A stretch of DNA of 26,055 nt from IMG/VR virus record IMGVR_UViG_3300025018_000487, positions 1-26,055 of that record; one strand, 5' to 3'. Shown piece by piece: positions 16,086-25,170 of the stretch; position 1 is the stretch's first letter, and the number at the start of each line of letters is the position of its first letter. The stretch is from a virus (taxonomy: Duplodnaviria; Caudoviricetes). Both the position numbers and the translations under genes were made by a program. The notes under the pieces were generated by a model. It ran no database searches. It was not told the DNA's origin and saw only the letters and a program-made list of their open reading frames with translations.

Positions 16086-16883
16086 TTGCGAATTGCTGAA
16101 GCAGATATTACCGCCGACTCTAGTCGGTTTATCCGCGTGTACCCTATAGGTGACGTCCATTTGGAGAAAGTTCACTTCGATGAGGCTCGATTCAAACGGT
16201 ACGTCAACGATATCATCGCAGACCCACACGGGGTGTGGTTCTTCACCGGAGACGCTATCGAGGGGCGGACCCCCGACATGGCTAAGTATGACGCCGACGT
16301 CACTCTCCCCCAGTACAAGAACAGTGACTACATGTTCGTCGTGCAGGAGAAGATTCGGGAACTGTTCGAACCTCTTCGGGCTAGGCCTGGTGCTGTGGTG
16401 AAGGGAAACCATGATGAGTTCCTCAAATGGGCCGGTGTGGCAAATTTTGTTGCATCTGTATCCGGTGCATCCTACCTCGATGGTGAGGGGATGGTCCGCC
16501 TCAACTGTGACCTTTCCGGGAAAGGCCGCACTCTCCTCGTCTATGCGCGTCATGTCGTTGGAGGCGGCAAGACACCTGGCGCGAAACTCAACTCCGCCTA
16601 CTCAATGGGAAGCCTCGTGGACGCTGACGTGTACTTGGCTGGGCACATCCATAACCACGCGTCTACCATCACCCCCCAGTATTCCCTCCCACGAAGAGGA
16701 GCGTTGGGTCTTACATCACGTGATGTTGCCACGGTTATCGCCACTTCATTTCTTAAACCTAAGCTTGAGGGCTTTGTGGACTACACTGGTAAGAAAGGTT
16801 ATGCCCCACCGGACCAAGGACTCGTCTATTTGAACGTGGACCTTGAGAACATGCGGATGTACAGATCCGAAATGAGGTACTGA
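16086..16883 (+). CDS. Calcineurin-like metallophosphoesterase
   Basis: GDVH, GD, GNHD and GHIH motifs; TTG start uncertain. Confidence 0.85.
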   Translation: MRIAEADITADSSRFIRVYPIGDVHLEKVHFDEARFKRYVNDIIADPHGVWFFTGDAIEGRTPDMAKYDADVTLPQYKNSDYMFVVQEKIRELFEPLRARPGAVVKGNHDEFLKWAGVANFVASVSGASYLDGEGMVRLNCDLSGKGRTLLVYARHVVGGGKTPGAKLNSAYSMGSLVDADVYLAGHIHNHASTITPQYSLPRRGALGLTSRDVATVIATSFLKPKLEGFVDYTGKKGYAPPDQGLVYLNVDLENMRMYRSEMRY

Positions 16884-18700
16884 TGGACCAACTTGAGCAA
16901 CCTCTGTTCCCAGAGGAATTGGCGCAGGCGGCAGGAGAGGACCCTGGTCCCCTGCCCCCGCCCATCCCCGAGGATGAGCAGCAGGACCTGTTGAAGAAAC
17001 TCAAAGCCGAGTACGACAACTTCAAATCTAGTGTCGCACCCCTGCACGCCAGCATCGAGCGATGGCACTCCCTCTATGAGACGTCCCAGAAGGCGAAGAA
17101 GAATTTCCCCTGGCCTGATGCGGCTAACTTCAATGTGCCCCTCATCATGGCTACTGTGGACAGCATCCACGCCCGTATCACGAAGGCGGTGTTCGACGTT
17201 GACCCGCTCTGGCTGACGCACGCTCGGACAGCCTCAGCGCACGACACAGCCCACGTAGCCGAGAAGTACCTGGACTACTGGGCCGACGAGATGGGTCTGC
17301 CTTCCGTACTTGACATGATGATTCTAAACATGCTGATTGAGGGGACTGGGGTCGTCAAGCTGGACTGGCTACGCAAGACGGCTCAAATTCCCGAGAAGGT
17401 TGACCCGACTACCGGGCAGTCCATGGGTGGGGAAGTAATCGAGTATGACGGTCCTGGGGCCTATCACGTCCCGCTGACGGACTTCATCATGATTCCCGCG
17501 GACTCCCCCACGATTGACGACGCAGTGTACGTGGGCCACCGAGTCTTCCTGACGCATCAGCAGCTTATCAACCGAGAGCAGCAGGGCTTCTACTTCAACG
17601 TAGACCGACTCCTGGCTAAGAGCCAAGGTGACGGCACGCTGGATAAGACGGCTCTCCCCTTCAGTCTGGTCAACGTATCTCGTTCATCCTCGGCTCAGTA
17701 CGAGGAGACGAACCAGTACGAGGTCGTGGAGATGTACGGGCCTTATGACTTTGGGGATGGCCCTGTGCCTGCTCTGATGACGTTCTCCCCCGACCACGAG
17801 ATTCTGCTGCGGATTGAACCTTACCCTTATCAGTATGGTCGTCCTCCGTACATCGACTTCAAGGTGTACCCACGGGCTAACTTCTTCTGGGGTCGTAGCG
17901 TCCCGGAGATGTTGGAGTCGGCTCAGGAGGAACTGACTGCCCTCCACAACATGCGTGCCGACGCCATCGCTATCCGCATCGCTCCCCCCATCATCCGTCG
18001 TACGGGTGAGGCGTGGGACCCGGAGGAGCAGCCCTGGTCTCCTGGTCAGGTGATCGACGTCACCGACCCCTCGGCTCTGTTCCAGATGCAGTTGATGGAT
18101 GTCCCGTCTAGTCTGTTTGCTCACGAGCAGGATACCCTGGCGTTCGTTGAGCGAGTGACCGGCATGAGTGACTACTTCATGGGTCGCTCTCCCACCCAGA
18201 ACCGTACCGCTACTGAGGTTAACCGCGTCACGTCTGAGGGCCTTGCCCGAATTGACGTCATGGTTAGCCGATTCCAGCAGGGCGGCATGAAGAAGATGGC
18301 TTGGGCATTGTGGTGGTTGCTGTACCAGTACCGCCCTTTCCTCGACTTCTTCTCGTCTGAGGGTAACCAGTTGCAAATCACGAAGCTACAGATGGCACCC
18401 ACCAGCAACGGGCTGATGCCGTTTGAGTTCCGTCCTCACGGGGAACTGTCCGACGCCAGTAAGGAAGCACGACGTCAGCAGAAGCTCATGCTCCTTCAAG
18501 CCGCGTCTGGTCCGCTCTCCCAGTTCTACCCAGATGGAATCCAACAATTGCTGCGGGATATCTTCGGTGAGTTTGAAATCACCAACAAGGACATCATTCT
18601 TGGTCCGCCCTGGTCTGTGATTCAACAACAGATTCAACAAGCTTTCCAACAAGGTATGCAACAGGGGATGCAGCAGGCACAACAGACACAGGAGGCTTAA
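16883..18700 (+). CDS. Portal protein (P22-like pattern)
   Basis: 605 aa after terL; EGTGVVK, FFWGRSV..LESAQEEL, ERVTG, RTATEV motifs; Q-rich C-terminus. Confidence 0.88.
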   Translation: MDQLEQPLFPEELAQAAGEDPGPLPPPIPEDEQQDLLKKLKAEYDNFKSSVAPLHASIERWHSLYETSQKAKKNFPWPDAANFNVPLIMATVDSIHARITKAVFDVDPLWLTHARTASAHDTAHVAEKYLDYWADEMGLPSVLDMMILNMLIEGTGVVKLDWLRKTAQIPEKVDPTTGQSMGGEVIEYDGPGAYHVPLTDFIMIPADSPTIDDAVYVGHRVFLTHQQLINREQQGFYFNVDRLLAKSQGDGTLDKTALPFSLVNVSRSSSAQYEETNQYEVVEMYGPYDFGDGPVPALMTFSPDHEILLRIEPYPYQYGRPPYIDFKVYPRANFFWGRSVPEMLESAQEELTALHNMRADAIAIRIAPPIIRRTGEAWDPEEQPWSPGQVIDVTDPSALFQMQLMDVPSSLFAHEQDTLAFVERVTGMSDYFMGRSPTQNRTATEVNRVTSEGLARIDVMVSRFQQGGMKKMAWALWWLLYQYRPFLDFFSSEGNQLQITKLQMAPTSNGLMPFEFRPHGELSDASKEARRQQKLMLLQAASGPLSQFYPDGIQQLLRDIFGEFEITNKDIILGPPWSVIQQQIQQAFQQGMQQGMQQAQQTQEA

Positions 18701-18867
18701 TGAGTTATCTTCCGGTAGCTGGTCCAATGTTTAACATCGACGGGAAGGTGCGGCTCGGGGAAGAGAAGAGACAGTTCGGCTTGGGGGTTGAGGCGACTAA
18801 CAACCTTCGTGCCCATCTAATCAACATGGTGGTTCTGCTTGACAGTGTGAAAGACCCCCATGATTGA
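18700..18867 (+). CDS. Hypothetical 55-aa protein (absent from the ORF track)
   Basis: TAATG coupling to the portal, GGAGG upstream; MSYLPVAGPMFNIDGKV...KDPHD*. Confidence 0.65.
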   Translation: MSYLPVAGPMFNIDGKVRLGEEKRQFGLGVEATNNLRAHLINMVVLLDSVKDPHD

Positions 18868-19105
18868 TGACGAACTTGATCTTCTTTCAGAACTAGTAAC
18901 TCATCCAGGTTGGCGAGTCCTTCGGAGGGAACTAGAAAAGTACCTCCAAGGACTCTACAGTCAGATTCTTACTCCCTCGACTTCTGACTTTGACCTCATT
19001 ACTAAGGAGGCCCAAACTGTAGCAATTCGCTCCCACAAGCAGTTTCTCGCTAGTCTAGAAGAGAGGGTAGAGAAGTACAATCGGACTGTCAAACGTAGGC
19101 CTTGA
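18860..19105 (+). CDS. Small head-module protein (81 aa)
   Basis: LVTHPGWRVL pattern typical of small genes between portal and scaffold. Confidence 0.75.
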   Translation: MIDDELDLLSELVTHPGWRVLRRELEKYLQGLYSQILTPSTSDFDLITKEAQTVAIRSHKQFLASLEERVEKYNRTVKRRP

Positions 19106-19130
19106 CAAATGAGAAAGTTTGTGGTATAAT
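19102..19130 (+). promoter_or_regulatory. Sigma70-type promoter for the scaffold/capsid operon
   Basis: Perfect TTGACA-17 bp-TATAAT with TG extension. Confidence 0.9.
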
Positions 19131-19184
19131 GGTATATGTAAGTACTTGGACGGTAGCACGGACTCGTCCACCGTGGAGGCATTG

Positions 19185-20132
19185 GTGGAAGTACCCAACG
19201 AACAGGCTCCTCAACAGAACCAAACTCCTGCACAGACGGAAACTAGACCGCAGGCTCCGAGTACGGAGATTAGCGCACTTGCTAACTACCGGAAACAGAA
19301 GGAGGCTCAGGCTGCGTCGGCCAAGCCACAGGGAAGTGAAGTTGACGCTCAACCCCAAGCGAACGTGGGGCAGCAGGCTCCTCAAGAACCCCAACGAGAG
19401 CAATACATTCCTCGTGATCGGTTTGATGAGGTAATCAATCAGCGTAATACTCTTCAGCAGCAGCTGGCTCAGTTCCAACAGATGCAAGCCAACCAGCAGG
19501 TCGTAGGACCCACTGGCATGGTGCAGCCCCAGCAGGCACCCCAACAGCAAGCAGTACAACAGCAGGCGGTACAGTCGTTCCTTGACCAAGTGACCAAGGA
19601 CCCGACGCAACGCCAGCAGTGGCAGAAGAAGATTGCCAATGAGGGTGTCACGGCTCTTGCGGATTTCGTCCGTCAGGCTGTGGAATCCGTTGGTCGTCCG
19701 CTTCTTGAAGAGTACACGAAGAATGTTAGTGCTCAGCTTTCGCCCATCCAGAAGCAGTACCTCAATCAGCATCTGAACTCCTACGCACAGTCGCGTCAGT
19801 CCGATCCTGAGTTTGCCATCGCTCGCCCTGTGTTTGATAATCTCGTTTCCACCGCTGTCCAGCGGGGGTACGACGTTACCAACCCACAGGTGCTCAGCAC
19901 GATTGAGTTCCTCGCTAAGCAGCAGGCTCGCCAGTCCGGTGCTCAACAGCCGTACCAGCAGCCTCCTACCCCTACTCCGTTCTCTGAGCGGCCTGGGAAC
20001 AGCGGGCAGAACTTCGGTAAACCACAGGCTCCGAACCTCACCCCACAGCAGCTTGCTATGGCTACGAGGTTCAACATGACGCCACAACAGTACGCGGATA
20101 GCCTGACGGCTATGGGGGTTAAGAATGGCTGA
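19185..20132 (+). CDS. Putative capsid scaffolding protein (Q/P-rich)
   Basis: IPRDRFDEV and LTPQQLAMATRFNMTPQQY motifs. GTG 19185 with GGAGG preferred; the track start at 19119 lies inside the promoter. Confidence 0.8.
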   Translation: MEVPNEQAPQQNQTPAQTETRPQAPSTEISALANYRKQKEAQAASAKPQGSEVDAQPQANVGQQAPQEPQREQYIPRDRFDEVINQRNTLQQQLAQFQQMQANQQVVGPTGMVQPQQAPQQQAVQQQAVQSFLDQVTKDPTQRQQWQKKIANEGVTALADFVRQAVESVGRPLLEEYTKNVSAQLSPIQKQYLNQHLNSYAQSRQSDPEFAIARPVFDNLVSTAVQRGYDVTNPQVLSTIEFLAKQQARQSGAQQPYQQPPTPTPFSERPGNSGQNFGKPQAPNLTPQQLAMATRFNMTPQQYADSLTAMGVKNG

Positions 20133-20754
20133 GGATACTAAGACCGGCGCTCTTGAGATGAATCACCTCGGCTTTGGTAAATACGAGGTTGCTGGGCAGA
20201 GGTTTAAGAGCAAGGCTGCGGCTCAGCGGTTCGTTGACGCACAGCTTCGGCAGGATGAACTCGAGGGCAAGATTGGCGACAAACTCCCCGAAGGTTACGA
20301 TCTGAAAGTGCATGACCAAGCGCATATCTATCGTGGGTCCCTAATGGACCTGGCGATGAATGAGCCTTACGCCCCGGACGGCAGCTTCAACAAGTATTAC
20401 GACCGAGAATGGGTTTGGGCTTGGGCTGCTCATCAAAGCACTGACATTTCTGATAAGCGCGCTAAAGGGTACCAGTTGGTTACTCTTGCCGACCTGGAAG
20501 CAGGCGTCAAAGAGGACCGCTATCCCTCGCACGTCCTGAGCCTGGTTCGTGAAGAAGGCTCTTACCTCGTTTATGGGGACAATGTACTGGTTCGGATGCC
20601 TCGCGTACTCTGGCGACAGCAGCGTGCTGCTAAGCGTGAACGTAACCTGAAGTTCTTCAAGGATATGGACACCAAGCAACGCTCTCAGTTCGACAATGCA
20701 GGCGTCGGGATTGGCAAGCTCCCCGTTACTAACGAGTTGCAAATTAAACTCTAA
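20125..20754 (+). CDS. Hypothetical head-module protein (209 aa)
   Basis: ORF between the scaffold and capsid genes; overlapping start. Confidence 0.8.
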   Translation: MAEDTKTGALEMNHLGFGKYEVAGQRFKSKAAAQRFVDAQLRQDELEGKIGDKLPEGYDLKVHDQAHIYRGSLMDLAMNEPYAPDGSFNKYYDREWVWAWAAHQSTDISDKRAKGYQLVTLADLEAGVKEDRYPSHVLSLVREEGSYLVYGDNVLVRMPRVLWRQQRAAKRERNLKFFKDMDTKQRSQFDNAGVGIGKLPVTNELQIKL

Positions 20755-20767
20755 CGGAGGCCAATAA

Positions 20768-21250
20768 ATGGCTACTTTTGCTATTCGGCCTATCACCCCG
20801 GTGATTCGTAACGAGTCCTATCGCTACGTTACTTACCCCCTGGGTGCTAGCCAAGATTTCCAGAAAGGAGCGCCTGCACTGCTGACGTCTGACGGCACTG
20901 TGGATGAAGCGGGGGCGAACCCTGCGGTTATCCTCGGTTTCTTCACCGCTGACGCCGCTCAGTACACCTGGCAGGACGACACGATTGGGCATGTCAACCC
21001 TGCCGTTCCTGTTGCTCTCGCTACCGGAGTGTTCCGTGGTACCCTTGAGGGCACCGTGAACCTCGCTACGGACCTGAATGACGAGTTCGGTCTTGTCGAG
21101 GACGCTACCGGCTATTGGACCGTTGACCGTTCGCAAACCACGACTGTGCGCGTCAAGGTTATCGGCTTTGATGATGATGTGGCGACGGGCGACGTTAATG
21201 CGCCCTGCACTTTCATCGTTCTCCCGGCTAACCGGCAGGTGGTTTCGTAA
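20768..21250 (+). CDS. Putative capsid decoration/cement protein (160 aa)
   Basis: GGAGG SD, beta-rich composition, TAATG-coupled to the major capsid gene; function inferred from position. Confidence 0.65.
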   Translation: MATFAIRPITPVIRNESYRYVTYPLGASQDFQKGAPALLTSDGTVDEAGANPAVILGFFTADAAQYTWQDDTIGHVNPAVPVALATGVFRGTLEGTVNLATDLNDEFGLVEDATGYWTVDRSQTTTVRVKVIGFDDDVATGDVNAPCTFIVLPANRQVVS

Positions 21251-22152
21251 TGATGGTCTCTGGTACTTTCTCCCAACTGCTGGCTCCTGGGCTTAACCAG
21301 GTTTTCCACACGGCGTATGATGAGGCTCCTCAGATTTGGAGCGAGTTCTTCAACCTTGATTCGTCCGAACGGGCGTATGAAGAGGACCTGAGCTGGGCTG
21401 GCTTTGAGCCGTTCCAGAACTACGGGGAACTGGAAGATATCGAGCTTCGTGACGCCAACGAGGGCTATCTGACCAAGTACGTCCACCGCAAGTGGGGCCT
21501 TGGGTACCAGCTTTCGCAAGAGCTTGTTGACGACAACCTGTACTCGGGTGTCATTGATCAGTTCCCGGCGATGCTGGCTCGGGCTGCGCGTGCTACCAAG
21601 GAGACGGTTGCGGCTTCGCTGTTCAACCTCGGCTTCTCGGCCACTCCTGGTGGCGATGGTCAGAACCTCTTCTCGACTGCTCACCCGTTCGCGGGTGCTG
21701 GTGGCGGGACGGGGGCTAACACCTTCGGCACTGCTCGTGCTCTTTCGCACTCTGCGCTGAAGGAAGCCATCACTGCTCTCAAGCGCACTCGTGCGGACGA
21801 CAACATCTTCTCGCCCATCACCCCGTCGATTCTCCTGGTCCCTGACCAGCTTGAGCATCGCGCGTTGGAGATTTTGGGCACGGATCGCGTCCCGTACTCG
21901 GCGGATAACACTACGAACGTTCTCACTTCGCAGGGTCTTAGTGTCGTTCCTTGGTCGTACCTGACCGATGAAGACAACTGGTTCCTGCTTGCGCCGAAGG
22001 CTCAGACTCGTCTGCGCTATTTCGAGCGTTGGCCCATGCGCCAGGTGATGAAGGACCGTGAAGAGAACCAGTCGATGGTCCACCTCGCGTACGAACGCTA
22101 CAGCTTCGGCTACAGCGATTGGCGCGGTCTGTGGGGCGTTGACGGGGCTTAA
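21250..22152 (+). CDS. Major capsid protein (Mu gpT-like pattern)
   Basis: LLAPGLN..F..Y, SSERAYEE, ELVDDNLY, DGQNLFSTAHP, ERYSFGYSDWRG; followed by a terminator. Confidence 0.9.
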   Translation: MMVSGTFSQLLAPGLNQVFHTAYDEAPQIWSEFFNLDSSERAYEEDLSWAGFEPFQNYGELEDIELRDANEGYLTKYVHRKWGLGYQLSQELVDDNLYSGVIDQFPAMLARAARATKETVAASLFNLGFSATPGGDGQNLFSTAHPFAGAGGGTGANTFGTARALSHSALKEAITALKRTRADDNIFSPITPSILLVPDQLEHRALEILGTDRVPYSADNTTNVLTSQGLSVVPWSYLTDEDNWFLLAPKAQTRLRYFERWPMRQVMKDREENQSMVHLAYERYSFGYSDWRGLWGVDGA

Positions 22153-22176
22153 GCCTCGGCAACTCAACCACTCTTG

Positions 22177-22211
22177 GGGGAGGGAGTTCATCTCCCTTCC
22201 CTTTTCTTTTT
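22177..22211 (+). terminator. Rho-independent terminator after the capsid gene
   Basis: GGGGAGGGAG-TTCAT-CTCCCTTCCC followed by TTTTCTTTTT. Confidence 0.85.
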
Positions 22212-22221
22212 GGAGATACTA

Positions 22222-22485
22222 ATGGCGCAACGATTTGAAACTGACGGGGGCACTGCGTTTGTCGGTCCTCTGCAAGTCATTGACGAAGACGGGAACATCC
22301 TGGCTTCGGTTGGTGGGGCTGCTGCTGCGGTAGCGGAACTCACGGATAACAGTGGCGGTACTGCTGCTGATACGATTGCGGTGATTGGCGCGACCTATAC
22401 CCAGGCTGAGGTGGCTAACGCTGTCGCTTCTCTGGCCGCTAAGGTGAACGCCGTTATCACTGCTCTGGGTCTGGAAGGACTCTGA
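22222..22485 (+). CDS. Head fibre/decoration-like protein (87 aa)
   Basis: ATG at 22222 with GGAG; LTDNSGGTA...ASLAAKVNAVITAL pattern. Confidence 0.7.
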   Translation: MAQRFETDGGTAFVGPLQVIDEDGNILASVGGAAAAVAELTDNSGGTAADTIAVIGATYTQAEVANAVASLAAKVNAVITALGLEGL

Positions 22486-22534
22486 ACCCCTTGCTGCCTT
22501 TGGGTAGTCGCTGTACTTACAGCTAAGGAGCAAC

Positions 22535-22753
22535 ATGGCTATTATTTTTGATGAACGCGGGATTCCGATTACTTCGGATAACCCGTTTCCTGTTACGCTA
22601 TCGGGCAGTAATGGCGAACAAGAACTACAGGGCGCCATCGCCTCCATCCCTGCGGCGGGGAGCGTGCCGGTGAACAGCACGTACCTCGCGTTGGACGAAG
22701 GGAAACTGTACTGGACGAACGGCAGCGTGTGGGCTGAGGTTGGTGCGCCGTGA
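22535..22753 (+). CDS. Small virion-associated hypothetical protein (72 aa)
   Basis: SD AAGGAG; C-terminal YLALDEGKLYWTNGSVW fibre-like motif. Confidence 0.7.
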   Translation: MAIIFDERGIPITSDNPFPVTLSGSNGEQELQGAIASIPAAGSVPVNSTYLALDEGKLYWTNGSVWAEVGAP

Positions 22754-23418
22754 GTATCGCCAAGGCTGCGTTCGTGAAGGCGGACGCTGCCATCCCCGCG
22801 ACCGAGAAGGGCGCAGCGGGCGGGGTAGCAGCGCTGGACGGGGACGCTGCATACGCTGGCGAGTTTGCATCACCGCCCCCGCTTGCGGCAGGAGGTGGCC
22901 GGAACGCGGTTACGTGGTACGGCTCCCCGGCTGGTATCGACGGAACGGGGCTAGACGCGCTTGGACTCATGTGTCTGCCGTTCTACGTCGCCAAGGCTCG
23001 CGCCATCCACAGCATCGGAGTTTTTGTAATATCGGCTGGGGCGGCTGGGGCGGTGGCGCGTCTCGGCGTTTATGCGAACGACGCGAGCGACCGCCCCGGC
23101 GCGCTCATCGCGGACGCTGGTCTCGTAACGGTTGATACGACGGGAGAGAAGATTATTGCGTTTGGCGCGCAGCCTTCGGTCGGCCCTGGCCTCGTTCACT
23201 TGGCGGTGGCCGTGCAATCGCCCGGGGCGCTTCCGGGCTTCCGGCTCTTGTCGCGCACGATGCGACACACCTATGGCGCCTATAGCGCGGAGAGCGAGTC
23301 GGCGGGAACGTACCTTGGGTGGCACTCTGGCGATTACTCGGCTGGCTTGCCTGACCCGCATCCGGGCATCACCTCGTCTCCGCATCGTACGCCCCACATC
23401 GCCGTGAGGTTCGCATGA
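22750..23418 (+). CDS. Putative fibre/receptor-binding or minor virion protein (222 aa)
   Basis: GTGA coupling; EKGAAGGVAALD and ARLGVYA....PGALIADAG patterns seen in phage fibre-like proteins. Confidence 0.65.
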   Translation: MSIAKAAFVKADAAIPATEKGAAGGVAALDGDAAYAGEFASPPPLAAGGGRNAVTWYGSPAGIDGTGLDALGLMCLPFYVAKARAIHSIGVFVISAGAAGAVARLGVYANDASDRPGALIADAGLVTVDTTGEKIIAFGAQPSVGPGLVHLAVAVQSPGALPGFRLLSRTMRHTYGAYSAESESAGTYLGWHSGDYSAGLPDPHPGITSSPHRTPHIAVRFA

Positions 23419-23927
23419 AGCAACTCGTGACCGTGTACGGACCCGGCGGCTACGACCCCGACCTGCCGAACGGCAACGTGGTCGAGTCGTATGAGGTGGA
23501 CGTGCCCGACCCGCAGCCGACGGTGGAGGATGCGCTTCGCATCGCCGCCCGCATGAGCGCAGAGGCCCGCATCAAAGCGGCAGACCTCCCGGACGCGGAC
23601 GTAGCCGTCCTCAGCCTGCTCTACGACCCCTGGGCGGTCGGGCAAGCCGTGAGCGTGGGCGACCTCCGAGCGTGGGACGGCACCATCGTCGAGTGCGTCC
23701 AAGCGCATACCACGCAAGCGGACTGGACGCCCGACGTGGTGCCAACGTTGTGGAAAGTGCATCGCACGCCCCCCGCGAGCGGTCCAGAGCAGTGGCAACC
23801 CAATATCAGCGTGGCGGTCGGCGAGGAGCTAGAGCACGAGGGCGTGCTCTACCGCGTGCTTCAAGCGCACACAACCCAGGTCGGCTGGGAGCCACCGAAC
23901 GTGCCCGCGTTGTGGGCAGTCGTTTGA
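23415..23927 (+). CDS. Protein with two CBM5/12-like carbohydrate-binding modules
   Basis: Two repeats of W..G...G...Y/E.(C/V).QAHTTQ..W.P..VP.LW. Confidence 0.85.
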   Translation: MKQLVTVYGPGGYDPDLPNGNVVESYEVDVPDPQPTVEDALRIAARMSAEARIKAADLPDADVAVLSLLYDPWAVGQAVSVGDLRAWDGTIVECVQAHTTQADWTPDVVPTLWKVHRTPPASGPEQWQPNISVAVGEELEHEGVLYRVLQAHTTQVGWEPPNVPALWAVV

Positions 23928-23939
23928 CCCTGTAGGGCG

Positions 23940-24794
23940 CTACTGCACAAAGTAACGACGGAAGTCACGCTCCCTAGCGGCGCCGCTCAAGTGGGTGTAC
24001 AACAACGTAGTCTCAGGCTTCGTATGCCCAAGGATAGACTGCACGGTGGCAAGAGGCGCACCCTGGTTCAGCAACACAGTAGCCAGGGTGTGCCTCAGAA
24101 CGTGTGGAGTAACCTTGTGCGAAAGCTCAGCACGGCGAGCTACGCAGTTGATAGAGTGCCGCATACTCTGGATGGTTGGTCTTCTCGGTGATCCGTTGAA
24201 AGACCGGGACGCCACAAAGAGAGCGGGGTTCCTGTCTTTCCTGGAATCCAGATATCGCTTCAACTAGATTGCCGCTCTAGCCCCCAAGTAAACTTCTTGT
24301 TCTCTCGCTCCTTTACCAAACACGACGATAGCTTTTATACCCCAGTCTACTTGGTTTCGGTTCAGGGACGTTAGTTCTCCGATCCTAGCTCCGGTAGCGA
24401 AAAACGTTTCCAACAGAGCATGGTCACGAAGACCTTCACACGAGTCCCTAAGCATCTCGATTTCCTCGATGGACAAAGCTTTGGGTACGCGTTGTGGGGT
24501 CTTAGGTTCCTTGAGTTTGATGGTAGGGTTTGTTTCAATGACCCCCTCTTCATGAAGCCACTTGAAGCAGGAGCGGTATACCACCACCCTAAGACCTGCG
24601 CTAGTAGCCTTGAGGTGGTCTAGGGTTCCCAGATAGCCCCGGAAGTGGGACAAGCAGATGTCAGTAACTTCGGGGTCTTTGACGTGCTCAGTGAACTTCC
24701 TGAGATGGAGTTCGTAAGCAGACAGAGTATGAGGGCTGTAGCCTTCGATACGCTTTGCGGAAAGATAGCTGTGAGTAGCTTGAGAAAGTTTCAT
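23940..24794 (-). pseudogene. XerD-like tyrosine recombinase/integrase with in-frame TAG at 24264-24266
   Basis: Two abutting same-frame ORFs. TGARIGE and GKGA lie before the stop; HVLRH, LGH and the catalytic Y lie after it. ATG at 24794 with GAAAGGA. Confidence 0.85.
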
Positions 24795-24819
24795 ATAGTA
24801 TCCTTTCATTGGAGGTCAG

Positions 24820-25170
24820 ATGGAACTCCCTGACTTTGTAAATCTAGAAGCTAAGCAGGGAGACCACTTCGCTCTCCCTTTCATCTATACCGAAGACGAC
24901 GACACCCCGATTGATGTCACCGGGTACTCTGCTGAGTTTTCCTTGGCGGTAGCACCCGGCGGCTCTCCCTCCTTCACCTACACTGAGGACGACTACATCA
25001 CTGTGGGCACCACGGACGGGGCCTTCGATATCGATGTAGTTCCCTCGGAGACTAGGAATTGGACAGCCCGACGTTACTTCTACGAGGTATCCCTTGTTCC
25101 TCCTGATGGTAAGAAGGTTACGGTATTTGAGGGCCGCATTTCTATTCGACCTGAGGTGGTTCGTGAGTAA
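24820..25170 (+). CDS. Virion protein resembling the BppU N-terminal (Ig-like) domain (116 aa)
   Basis: QGD.F...F......PIDVTGY...YFYEV...TVFEGRISI pattern; GGAGG SD. Confidence 0.7.
   Translation: MELPDFVNLEAKQGDHFALPFIYTEDDDTPIDVTGYSAEFSLAVAPGGSPSFTYTEDDYITVGTTDGAFDIDVVPSETRNWTARRYFYEVSLVPPDGKKVTVFEGRISIRPEVVRE

Noticed and set aside
18620-18690. CAACAA/CAGCAG repeats at the portal 3' end (and in the scaffold gene)
   Set aside because: Explained by Gln-rich protein sequence.
19089-22191. Long antisense ORFs (19089..20087 and 21112..22191, minus strand)
   Set aside because: Shadows of the codon-biased scaffold and capsid genes; no SD or recognisable motifs.
24264-24266. Genome-wide TAG recoding (genetic code 15)
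   Set aside because: No other long gene is interrupted by TAG, and TAG terminates the recombinase (23940) and the Vsr-like gene (12935) at plausible C-termini.
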